Below are positions 1 through 8,838 of a stretch of DNA of 64,000 nt, one piece after another (position 1 is the stretch's first letter; each line of letters opens with the position of its first letter). Source of the DNA: Candidatus Hydrogenedentota bacterium. Its GTDB lineage: Bacteria > Hydrogenedentota > Hydrogenedentia > Hydrogenedentales > SLHB01. The notes beneath the pieces are model-generated. The model searched no databases and had not been told where the DNA came from. It worked only from the letters and a program-made list of their open reading frames with translations. The stretch spans positions 96,001-160,000 of the forward strand of contig CAVUWV010000015.1 in the NCBI GenBank assembly GCA_963745075.1, given 5' to 3'. The position numbers were made by a program, and so were the translations under genes.

Positions 1-486
1 AAGCACCGTTGTCGGCCGGTCGCCGGAGAGAATCACCGTGACGGCACCTTTTGTCGTGCTCGTCGGTGTGAAAGAGGTCAACATTTCCTGGTACTTGCTC
101 AGAACGTCTCGCAATACGGCATAAACGGCTTCCGCGTCATCTTTGATATCGATCAGGAGGGTGAACTCGGGACCGTCGGGGTAAACGCGTCCGCCGTTTG
201 CGCGAACCCGTTTCAGGAGCGGATCAAGGTACAGGGCTTGCAGCGTCCGCCCGGGATCCACGGCTTCGCGATTGTGGGCCACCAGGAGTTGCCCGTCTAC
301 GAGATAAATGTCCGCCTCCACACTGCAAAACCCATGGTCCAGCGCATCCAACAGCGGCCGTTCGTGGTTGTAATCGTTGTGGGCGTGGGCATGTACCAGC
401 GGCGTGACCGGCGTCTCGCCGAGCACCGGCGCAACGGTCGCACACAGGACCGAAAGGTAACCCAGAAGCTGGATACATATGCGCAT
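1..486 (-). CDS. Secreted PLC-like phosphodiesterase (AIM6/GDPD-like), partial; runs off window start
   Basis: Manual translation MRICIQLLGYLSVLCATVAPVLGETPVTPLVHAHAHNDYNHERPLLDALDHGFCSVEADI...LLIDIK; HAHNDY and SVEAD motifs, signal peptide, GGAG RBS. Confidence 0.75.
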   Translation of the reverse strand, partial: MRICIQLLGYLSVLCATVAPVLGETPVTPLVHAHAHNDYNHERPLLDALDHGFCSVEADIYLVDGQLLVAHNREAVDPGRTLQALYLDPLLKRVRANGGRVYPDGPEFTLLIDIKDDAEAVYAVLRDVLSKYQEMLTSFTPTSTTKGAVTVILSGDRPTTVL

Positions 487-580
487 GCTGAAGGTTCTCC
501 TCGCAGCGCGTTAGACTACGGATCTCCCGAATACCTGTCAAACGGATTCGTGCGGCGCAACGGGTGTCCGCAGGAAATAC

Positions 581-622
581 AAAAAACCGATCGGACGGAT
601 CCGTCAGATCCGTCCGATCGGT
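581..622 (-). terminator. Palindromic hairpin, probable intrinsic terminator after pfk
   Basis: Perfect 16-bp stem ACCGATCGGACGGATC/GATCCGTCCGATCGGT with adjacent A-tract (U-tract on minus strand). Confidence 0.6.
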
Positions 623-664
623 CTGGAATTAGCTGCCTATTTGCCCACGCTACACGCCCTGGGG

Positions 665-1879
665 CTATTTCTTGTTCAACACCTTTACGACGCCGGGCGC
701 GGCGATGCGCTCCATGACCGGCATGGAGCCGACCAGCGGACGCACATAGCTCTTAAACGCTTCCGTGACGCCGTTGCCGTCGGCGTTGAGGAATTCATCC
801 GGCATTTCCGTAGCTTCCCGGGCAACGTCCTTCAGGTCGGCCAGGAAGTACTCGACAGCGTAGTCGCCGATGCGGCGAATGCAAACCGAGCCGTCACGGT
901 GGTGCCAAATCGCGTATTGAGCGGCCTTCTCGCCGACTTCCCGCGCCTCGTTCTGATCGACCGTGCTCACGCAGCCGAGGAAACTCCGCTGCAAGTAGCC
1001 GAGCGTATCGGCGCGCACGCGCTTGATGTCGGTGCCTTCTTTGACCCAGGAGCTGAGCAGGTCGCCGAGGGCGCCCGTACCGGAAAGCTGCACGTTGCCG
1101 TGCGAATCCTGCTCCTTCGTGAATTCCGCCGCGATGGCCTTGCCGCTTGGTCCCACAATGCCTTCCGACGCCGCGACGATGCAGCGGCCATTCTTCTCGT
1201 AGGCGGTCTTCACGTCGGCGATGAACTTGTCCTTCGTCAGTGAACGCTCAGGCACGTAGACGAGGTGCGGACCATCGTCCGGATATTTCTTGGCGAGGCA
1301 GGACGCGGCGGTCAGGAAGCCCGCGTGTCGCCCCATGACCACCCCGATGTACACGCCCGGCAGGGCCCGGTTGTCCAGATTCACGCCCGCAAACGCTTGC
1401 GCGACAAATTTTGCCGCGGAACCATAGCCCGGGCAGTGGTCCGTGACCTTCAGGTCGTTGTCGATGGTTTTCGGGATGTGAATGACCCGCAGTTCATAGC
1501 CTTCCTTGTCCGCTTCTTCGTTCACGATGCGGCAGGTATCGGCGCTGTCGTTTCCGCCGATGTAGAAGAAATACCGGACGTCGTGGGCTTTGCAGACCTT
1601 GAAGATTTCCTGGCAATACTCGAGGGTCGGTTTATCGCGCGTCGACAGCAGGCCCGACGAAGGCGTCTGGGCAACCGCTTCGAGGTTGTGGGTGGTCGCT
1701 TCCGTGAGGTCCAGAAAGTCCTCGTCCACGATGCCGCGGATGCCGTGCTGCGCACCGTATACGCGGGTGACCTGCGAAAATTTACGCGACTCCAACACCG
1801 CCCCGACGAAACTCTGATTGATGACTGCGGTGGGTCCGCCCCCTTGCGCCACCAGTACCTTTCCTTCCAACTTCGACAT
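665..1879 (-). CDS. pfp: 6-phosphofructokinase, probably PPi-dependent
   Basis: QGGGPTAVIN, GGNDS, PKTIDNDL and MGRHAG motifs; GGND plus PKTIDND is the PPi-type signature. Confidence 0.85.
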   Translation of the reverse strand: MSKLEGKVLVAQGGGPTAVINQSFVGAVLESRKFSQVTRVYGAQHGIRGIVDEDFLDLTEATTHNLEAVAQTPSSGLLSTRDKPTLEYCQEIFKVCKAHDVRYFFYIGGNDSADTCRIVNEEADKEGYELRVIHIPKTIDNDLKVTDHCPGYGSAAKFVAQAFAGVNLDNRALPGVYIGVVMGRHAGFLTAASCLAKKYPDDGPHLVYVPERSLTKDKFIADVKTAYEKNGRCIVAASEGIVGPSGKAIAAEFTKEQDSHGNVQLSGTGALGDLLSSWVKEGTDIKRVRADTLGYLQRSFLGCVSTVDQNEAREVGEKAAQYAIWHHRDGSVCIRRIGDYAVEYFLADLKDVAREATEMPDEFLNADGNGVTEAFKSYVRPLVGSMPVMERIAAPGVVKVLNKK

Positions 1880-2315
1880 GGTCCTTTTTCCTCCATCGGC
1901 TTTCGCCGTCGCTATCCGGGAATTCAAGGCGCCAGGCACATTTCCCCCAACGAATGATTACCGGCTTGGGATTGATTGCGTCTCCGATCAATACACCGGA
2001 TGAGAATGAATCGCCTGATTATACACGGGGGATACGGGCGCTTTCCACGCGCGGCCCCCTCGTATGCCGCCAATGGGCATGAATTGCGGTCAAGTCAGAG
2101 GCGTGTTTTGCCGATGGATATGATATAATCGAACATGCAATAAGAATACCGTAAAAACCGCCGATAACAGCGAGGCACTGTAAGGAATTTCAGCAATTGG
2201 GAGTAAGCCGCGCGGGGTCGGTGTTGGTAAAGACGGAAGACAGTTTAGCCGCGGATGCCGGCCGCAGCCCGTTCAGATTCAACCCACGGACGGCCGGTGG
2301 AATGGACGGAACGTC

Positions 2316-3020
2316 ATGAAAGTCGAACTTCATTGCCACACGGACACCTATTCCCCCTGCTCGCGGATTCCCCCGCGCGAATTGGTCGCGATGGCGGATG
2401 CCGCCGGATATGACGCCATTTTCATCACGGATCATGGCAAGGTCTGGTCTCCGGCGGATTTGGCCGCCCTTCGTGAGTTGAGCGACCGATTGCGGGTCTT
2501 TCCGGGAATCGAGATTTCGTTCCCCAATGGGCGGGATCTCCTCGTTCTGGGGGCCGACAGCCCCATCTACGAATCGCTTCAGACCCCGAGCGAAGTGTTT
2601 GCACAGGCCTGCGCCGATGGGTATCTGACGGTCATCGCCCATCCTTACCGGTGGCATGACGACATGCCGGATTACTTCACGCTCGCCGACGCCGCGGAAA
2701 TCCTGACCTGCAACCACCCCGACGAGGATATGGCGGAACGCGCTCGTACCTACGTGGACGAGAATCGGATGGCCGGTGTTTATTCGTCCGACGCGCATGG
2801 GCTGAACTTCATGAACAAGTTCTGGATCGAGACCGAAGAGTCCTTCGATACCCCACAGGAATTCCGGCGGATCATCGTCTCCGGTCGCTTCAAGAATCGG
2901 AGCCGCGAAATTGTGGAACCGCTTCCGCCGAATCACAAGGCCGCCGTCTTTGGCGAACTCTCCGAAGCGGACATGATGGCCCTCTACGTGCAGCCGACAC
3001 AGGAACCCACCAGCTTTTAA
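2316..3020 (+). CDS. PHP-domain metallophosphoesterase
   Basis: ELHCHT, ITDH, GIE, AHP and SSDAH motifs. Confidence 0.85.
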   Translation: MKVELHCHTDTYSPCSRIPPRELVAMADAAGYDAIFITDHGKVWSPADLAALRELSDRLRVFPGIEISFPNGRDLLVLGADSPIYESLQTPSEVFAQACADGYLTVIAHPYRWHDDMPDYFTLADAAEILTCNHPDEDMAERARTYVDENRMAGVYSSDAHGLNFMNKFWIETEESFDTPQEFRRIIVSGRFKNRSREIVEPLPPNHKAAVFGELSEADMMALYVQPTQEPTSF

Positions 3021-4273
3021 TTGCGTTTGCTGGTCACCTGTTCCTCATACGCGAGCACGTCGTCTATCCACTTGCCGCCAGGCGGAACGCCCAGGGATTC
3101 GCAGTAGTAATCCCACACCGCGCCGAACGGCAAAGCCTTGCACGTCTCCAGAAGCGCCATGCGCTTGAAATGGTTCCCACCTTCTTCCGCATCGAGCAAT
3201 AGCGCACGGGGCTCAAGCAACGCCAACAACAGCCCCTGCAACGTGGCCCGAGTGCCCGTGACGTAGGCACCGATACGGTTGATGCTGGCATCGAAGAAAT
3301 CGAGCGCGATGTAGATGCGCTTGTCCACCCCGCAGCGGACGATTTCCTGGGTAAGGTCTCGAATTGGGTCATCGAGCAGTACGACGTGATCGCTGTCCCA
3401 CCGAATGGGCCGGCTGACGTGGAGCAGCAATTCGTCCATGAACTGAAGCATCGCGGAGACCTTGTCGGCGACCGATTCCGTGGGGTGGAAGTGGCCCATG
3501 TCCACACAGAGCAACTTCCCCCGCGAGAGGGTGTACCCCAGATAGAACTCGTGGGAACCCACGACGAACCACTCGCTGCCGATGCCGAAAAGCTTCGATT
3601 CCACCGAGTCCTTCAAGAGCGCGGCGTCGTGCGACGGGGCAAAACAGGCATCCAGCGAGTCTGCGAGGATGCGGCGGTATCCGGCCCGGTCCACGGTGAA
3701 GTCTTTGGCCCCGTCCGGAATCCAGACGTTGTGGATGCAGGTGTCGTTCAGTTGCCGCCCCATTTCCTCGCCGATTTCCCGGCAGCGCTTCACATGTTCG
3801 ATCCAAAAATCGCGTATGCCCTTGTCCTTGCTGCTCAGGGTATAGCCGGAATCCGCTTTGGGGTGGGAGAAGCACGTCGAATTGAAGTCGAGCTTGATGT
3901 CTTGCGCCTTGGCCCAGTCGATCCAGCCTTGGAATTGCCCGATGCCGATGGCGTCCCGATCGACAAACGTGTCGAACTCTCCGTAACTGGCATGCAGGTT
4001 CAACCGGTGTTTCCCCGGCAGCAGTGAAAGCGCCTTCTCATAATCCTGCCGCGCCTCGGCTACATTTCGAGCCTTCCCCGGGTAGTTGCCTGTCGCCTGG
4101 ATGCCGCCTCCCCCAAGGGCCGCATTGGGCCGTTCAAAACCGCCCACATCGTCGGCCTGCCAGCAATGAAGCGATATGGAATACGTTTTAAGCGCTTCGA
4201 TCGCCTTCTCGGTGTCCACGCCGAACCCGGCATATTGTTCCTTGGCGATACGGTATGCTTCTTCACTCTTCAT
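3017..4273 (-). CDS. rhaA: L-rhamnose isomerase
   Basis: ISLHCWQADDV, ATGNYPGKAR, ESKLFGIGSE, DMGHFHPTE, RWDSDH, LDFFDASINR. Confidence 0.95.
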   Translation of the reverse strand: MKSEEAYRIAKEQYAGFGVDTEKAIEALKTYSISLHCWQADDVGGFERPNAALGGGGIQATGNYPGKARNVAEARQDYEKALSLLPGKHRLNLHASYGEFDTFVDRDAIGIGQFQGWIDWAKAQDIKLDFNSTCFSHPKADSGYTLSSKDKGIRDFWIEHVKRCREIGEEMGRQLNDTCIHNVWIPDGAKDFTVDRAGYRRILADSLDACFAPSHDAALLKDSVESKLFGIGSEWFVVGSHEFYLGYTLSRGKLLCVDMGHFHPTESVADKVSAMLQFMDELLLHVSRPIRWDSDHVVLLDDPIRDLTQEIVRCGVDKRIYIALDFFDASINRIGAYVTGTRATLQGLLLALLEPRALLLDAEEGGNHFKRMALLETCKALPFGAVWDYYCESLGVPPGGKWIDDVLAYEEQVTSKRN

Positions 4274-4297
4274 GGAACGACTCCCCTGCGGCCCGCG

Positions 4298-4471
4298 CTA
4301 ATGTGCTTTGCGTTTCATCCAGAATGGCGCCGTGACAAACCAAAGCACGGTCGCCGCGAACATCCAGTGCTTGCACGTGGCCAATTCCATTTTCTGCAGG
4401 TAGACACCTACCGGCGCGACGACGAGTATCGCCAGCGCCACAACCGAGATTATGACGAGAACGGATTTCAT
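4298..4471 (-). CDS. Small two-TM membrane protein (57 aa)
   Basis: MKSVLVIISVVALAILVVAPVGVYLQKMELATCKHWMFAATVLWFVTAPFWMKRKAH; ATGA overlap with the upstream permease stop; not in ORF track. Confidence 0.75.
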   Translation of the reverse strand: MKSVLVIISVVALAILVVAPVGVYLQKMELATCKHWMFAATVLWFVTAPFWMKRKAH

Positions 4472-5880
4472 GACGTTGCTCCTTCAAGCGCTGTGGATTT
4501 CTGGTACAGCTTGCTCAGCACGATGTAGAGCGCGGCGGCGATGAACCAGCCGGGCAGGCCCAGGAAGAAAATCTCGATGCCCACGAACTTGTTCAGGGCC
4601 ACGCACAATCCGAGTGTCACGAACCAGGTGAGACCGGCCGCCCAGTTGAACGCGATGCGCGCCTTTTCGGCATAGAACTCGTGAAAGCCGAATTTCCCGG
4701 CGAAATAATGATCGATGAACACAATCGCACCCATGGGCATCAGGATAAGCCCGTAGAGCGCCACGAAGTCCAACAGTTTCATGACCAACGCGGGGAAACA
4801 CGCTCCCAGTGTGGCCACGAGCCCCGCCGCCATCGTCACTTTGAAGCGCGACCATTTGGGGCGAACGCCCTGAAACGCGAGACCGGCTCGATAAATGGTC
4901 GGATTCGCCGTGGTCCAGCCCGCTACGATGACGCAAATGACGCCCGTCAGCCCCGCGATCTTGAATGCCATCGGTCCCGGTGCCACTCCCGTGTCCGTGG
5001 GATCCGCATTGAGCTGGATTGCGTAGAGCAAACCGGCGGCAATCCAGGCCATGTAGTGGCCCAGATACATGCCCGCGGCCGACGACAAACCGTAGCGGGC
5101 CTTCTTCGCATACCGGAATATCGTGAGGTCCGACATGCCGATGTGCATGGCCATGTTGCAGAACCACGCAAAGAACATGACGTGTAAGAACGTGAATTGG
5201 GTTTGCCCCTCCACCGGTACGCCCGTCCAGACCTTCTGGCTCGCCACCGTATAGAAGTCGCCGAGCGAGTGAATGCCGAGTTCCGGCAGCGCCGCGACGC
5301 CGCAGGCCAGGAACACGAGCACCATCCAGGGCGCCGCAATGTTTGCGACGTGGGCAACCGTGTCGTATCCATACGCTGCGACCAGCGATATCACCGCGCC
5401 CACTGCGAACACCGCAATGATCCAGCCGATGCTATTGGGAAGCATGTCGCTGAGCCCCGGCATGGGCATGTTGAAGGGAATTCCAACCGCCGTGGCAGAC
5501 ACGGAAATCATGGCGCCGGCCAGGAAGCAGAACAGCACGCCATTGGCCAGGTTGTACAGATCCACCAGGCGAGGACCGCAAATCTTTTCGAGTTGATAGT
5601 AGAGGGTCAACCGCTTTTTTACCGCGATGGGCGCGCACAAAAACGTCCAACTTAGTACCGCGAGCAGGTTGCCGACCAGCAGCCCGCCCAGCACATCGAA
5701 CACACTTACACCGTGCGCCACAAAGAGCGGTCCGATCATGAACTCTGTGCCGGCGGCGTGCTCTCCGGCGTACATCCCGATGAAACTGCGCCACCCCTTG
5801 GTTTGGCTCTCCGGAACCGGTTCGCGTTCAAACTCGCCGCCGGCCGGCTCTTCGGGAGCAGGTCTTGTTTCCTCTGCCAT
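4468..5880 (-). CDS. NCS1/cytosine-permease-like transporter
   Basis: 470 aa, ~12 hydrophobic segments, EHAAGTEF and GWTTANPTIY motifs; GAGGAG RBS. Confidence 0.8.
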   Translation of the reverse strand: MAEETRPAPEEPAGGEFEREPVPESQTKGWRSFIGMYAGEHAAGTEFMIGPLFVAHGVSVFDVLGGLLVGNLLAVLSWTFLCAPIAVKKRLTLYYQLEKICGPRLVDLYNLANGVLFCFLAGAMISVSATAVGIPFNMPMPGLSDMLPNSIGWIIAVFAVGAVISLVAAYGYDTVAHVANIAAPWMVLVFLACGVAALPELGIHSLGDFYTVASQKVWTGVPVEGQTQFTFLHVMFFAWFCNMAMHIGMSDLTIFRYAKKARYGLSSAAGMYLGHYMAWIAAGLLYAIQLNADPTDTGVAPGPMAFKIAGLTGVICVIVAGWTTANPTIYRAGLAFQGVRPKWSRFKVTMAAGLVATLGACFPALVMKLLDFVALYGLILMPMGAIVFIDHYFAGKFGFHEFYAEKARIAFNWAAGLTWFVTLGLCVALNKFVGIEIFFLGLPGWFIAAALYIVLSKLYQKSTALEGATS

Positions 5881-6218
5881 GGTTCTCCTCCCCTGCCGCA
5901 GTCACGCGGCAATCTCCTCGCTGGTAAGCCGCCGAGTATACCCCCTTGGTCTGCCCGCGGATCGTGCAATGAAACGCCAATCCGCGTGCTACGCCCAGCG
6001 GCGGTCTCGTGGGGCAGCCTTGGATGGTTCCGCCGTGATAACGCCCGGGATTGTGCCTCGCAGTGGCGGCGGTCCGTCGCAGTCCTTCCGAGCGGAAATC
6101 GAACCGAATAGGGCTCTCCCCATGGCGTTGAATCATAGAGCGACAGCGCCAACGGTTCAACCAGGCGATTGCGGATCTCGGAAGGTGAAATAAAGAAAGG
6201 GTCTACTCAGCCCCTGGG

Positions 6219-6422
6219 CCGGAATTCTCACACGCACCGGACGTTGGATCTGTAACCCCAATCCGCTCGGGGGTTTCACATGTCGATCCGAACTCTTTGG
6301 GTTCACAGAGCGCGTGTGACAATTCCTCAAGAGTGAGCCGACGGTTTTTCTCGAAAGCATTTCTCACCGCACCCACGGTACCGGTCTGCAAGACGACGTT
6401 TTTCGGGCGGTGAGAAATGCGG
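6219..6422. repeat. Dispersed ~200-bp double-hairpin element (MITE/REPIN-like), copy 1
   Basis: Stems GGAATTCTCACACGC/GCGTGTGACAATTCC and GCATTTCTCACCGC/GCGGTGAGAAATGC; homologous to 37208-37410. Confidence 0.85.
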
Positions 6423-6538
6423 ACTTGGCCGGATCTCCCGAAGCTTTCCCTAACACGGCGTTCACGTCGAATTACACGTGAAAATGCGAGCGAACTGCCG
6501 AGTGCGGCCGCGAACTCCTCGTGACGTTGAATCGCGCG

Positions 6539-7540
6539 CTAATTCGTCACCAGCGCCACATCCGCGTACTTGGCGAGTTCCCGTTCGCGGAGGCCCTTGA
6601 ACGTCGCGTAGTCCTCTTCGGTGAGCGGTTTGGGCGTCGAGAAGCTGGCGTTATCCTTCTTCATCGCGCGGTGGTACGGTTTGACCGGGTACCCTTGTTC
6701 GGCGGCGTACCGCTTCAACCACTCCACGGGCGCTGTGCTCACGTCGCACAGGAAGTTCAGGGACCGCTGCGCCTCGATGGCGCCGGACCGGTCGTCCGCT
6801 ACAAAGTAATCCTGCACCGCCTTCACGATGATCGGATTCACGGTACATCCCTGCCCGATACACGCCTTGGCGCCGGCGTACAGCGCGGGCAGAAACGAGG
6901 TTTCGGCGCCGGCAATCATCCCGATGTCTTTGTCTTTGACGGCGTAGTAAATGTCGTAAATGTATTTGGCATCGTCGGTGGAGAGTTTCATCCCCTGGAC
7001 GTTGGGCAGGTCGGCCAGCTTGGCCACCAGGTCCATGTCCACCCAGTAGTCCCGGTGCGTATTACCGGGTTGGTAGATGAAAATCGGGATGTTCACAGCG
7101 GAATTGACGGTCTCGAAGTAGCGGAGCGTGACGTCTGCCTCCGTTTCACCATCGTTCGGAAGAATCGCCTCCGGCATCGTGTGCACGACTCCCGACGCGC
7201 CCGCGTCTTCGGCGTGTTTGCTCAGCTCGACGGCCTGCTGCGTGAACACTGCCGGGTCGGGGCGTTTGCCGTAATTCTTGTCCCAGATGCCCGCCGTGCC
7301 GACCAGAACCGGCGCTTTGCCGTTGAGGTGCGCACATGCCACGTCCGCCATCGCGACGACGTCTTCGTATTCAAACGCGTACATCTGGCCCATGCCGGAC
7401 CGCACAAAATACGCGCTGATTCCTCCGGAACCCATAAGAAAGTCGAGCAACGCATGCTGACCGTCGGGGTCAAACCGGCCGTCTTCGTGCCACGCGGTAA
7501 ACACATTGGAAATCGCACCGTAGACATACTTCGGGGTCAT
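6539..7540 (-). CDS. DHDPS/NAL-family class I aldolase
   Basis: FTAW..DG.FD, SGMGQ (GxxGE-like), IPIFIY and catalytic GMKLS. Confidence 0.85.
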   Translation of the reverse strand: MTPKYVYGAISNVFTAWHEDGRFDPDGQHALLDFLMGSGGISAYFVRSGMGQMYAFEYEDVVAMADVACAHLNGKAPVLVGTAGIWDKNYGKRPDPAVFTQQAVELSKHAEDAGASGVVHTMPEAILPNDGETEADVTLRYFETVNSAVNIPIFIYQPGNTHRDYWVDMDLVAKLADLPNVQGMKLSTDDAKYIYDIYYAVKDKDIGMIAGAETSFLPALYAGAKACIGQGCTVNPIIVKAVQDYFVADDRSGAIEAQRSLNFLCDVSTAPVEWLKRYAAEQGYPVKPYHRAMKKDNASFSTPKPLTEEDYATFKGLRERELAKYADVALVTN

Positions 7541-7543
7541 CGA

Positions 7544-8008
7544 CTAATACCTTCCTTTCGGACCCGCGCTGTGGCCCGGTGGCCGGACCTGGGGCGCAAC
7601 GCCTTTGCGCAGCGCTTCCCGCTTGGGGCCGGACTTTTGTGTCGTCATAGGCCGAAGCCGAACCATGAGAATGAAGGCCCCGACGACAAACACGACTTCA
7701 ATCCAGAATACCCAGCCCGGCTTATACAGGTCCCGCCTCCAGAATTCAATGAGGGGGGTTTCCCAACCCGCGTGCACGCGCTGGTCCTTGAGCATTTTCA
7801 TCTGCGATTCGAAGTTAAACCACTCGGCGACCGCGATGATGTAATGAAGCACGATGTGAAACGCCGCGGAGTACAAACACAGCTCAAGCCCCCACTGGAT
7901 CACGGGCAGGGTCCATTTCCGCGTAAAAAAGATGAGGGTTACGACGAATGCCGCACCGGCGCCGTACTCCACGAGGTGCTCTTGGATGTGGGCAATTAGA
8001 GATTCCAT
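7544..8008 (-). CDS. Hypothetical membrane protein
   Basis: Three hydrophobic segments and basic C-terminal tail; directly upstream of the aldolase gene. Confidence 0.7.
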   Translation of the reverse strand: MESLIAHIQEHLVEYGAGAAFVVTLIFFTRKWTLPVIQWGLELCLYSAAFHIVLHYIIAVAEWFNFESQMKMLKDQRVHAGWETPLIEFWRRDLYKPGWVFWIEVVFVVGAFILMVRLRPMTTQKSGPKREALRKGVAPQVRPPGHSAGPKGRY

Positions 8009-8275
8009 GGTCCTCTCCCAAGCCTTAGTCCCAAGCGCGATTGTACCACGAAGCGCGAATTCCACAAAATGTACGGTTCTGTAACGTGTTGTCCTGACGC
8101 GGAATTCGCCGCCGGCACTTGGCCTTGCCTCACCATGCGATCGGATTGGGAACTTCCCAACCTATCTGGTATAATGTGGCTCCGACAGCGGATTAAGGTA
8201 TACACTCCCTGGTACCTTTGGGAGTAAGTCACGTGCGGCGGTAGCTCCGTCAAACCCCAGGAATCGATTGCTCTC

Positions 8276-8743
8276 ATGGATAAACTCTACGTATCCGAGG
8301 ACGGCCTTGCGAAAATGAAGGCGGAACTGGCGAGCTGTAAATCGCGGCGCATGGAAGTCGCCGCGATTATCGAACATGCGCGCGAGTTCGGCGATTTGCG
8401 GGAAAACGCGGACTACCACGCGGCCAAAGAAGAGCAGGCGATGCTGCATGCCCGCATTCGCGATATCGAAGATAAAATCGCGCGTTCCGTCACCTTGGAA
8501 GGTCATGATATCGATACGAGCAAGGCATACGTCGGGGCGACGGTCCGTGTGCTGAATACGAAGACCAAGAAAGAGTTCACCTATATTCTTGTGAGCGCGG
8601 TCGAGGCGGACATGGCGAACGGCAAGATTTCCGTTCGTTCGCCCGTTGGAAAAGCCCTCCTGGGGAAGGCCGTCGGGGAAGTGGCTACGGCCAAAGTTCC
8701 CGCGGGCGCCATCGATTTTGAGATTTTGGAAATTACCCGCTAA
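8276..8743 (+). CDS. greA: Transcription elongation factor GreA
   Basis: AREFGDLRENADYHAAKEEQ and ISVRSPVGKALLG. Confidence 0.97.
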   Translation: MDKLYVSEDGLAKMKAELASCKSRRMEVAAIIEHAREFGDLRENADYHAAKEEQAMLHARIRDIEDKIARSVTLEGHDIDTSKAYVGATVRVLNTKTKKEFTYILVSAVEADMANGKISVRSPVGKALLGKAVGEVATAKVPAGAIDFEILEITR

Positions 8744-8838
8744 CGCGGAATGAACCCCCTGCCGCCGGGACCGGGGAACAGCTCCGTCGCTGTGTCCGAG
8801 GTTGGACTCCCGGAGGGGAATGACGCACTCGAGGATCC

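Noticed and set aside
6521..7999. Long antisense ORFs (also 15556-16974, 27187-28548, 39502-41025)
   Set aside because: Shadow frames of real genes in high-GC DNA, with no recognisable motifs.
8780..8815. PyrR-binding attenuator before carB
   Set aside because: GTCCGAGGTTGGAC does not match the ARUCCnGnGAGGYU consensus and there is no U-rich terminator.
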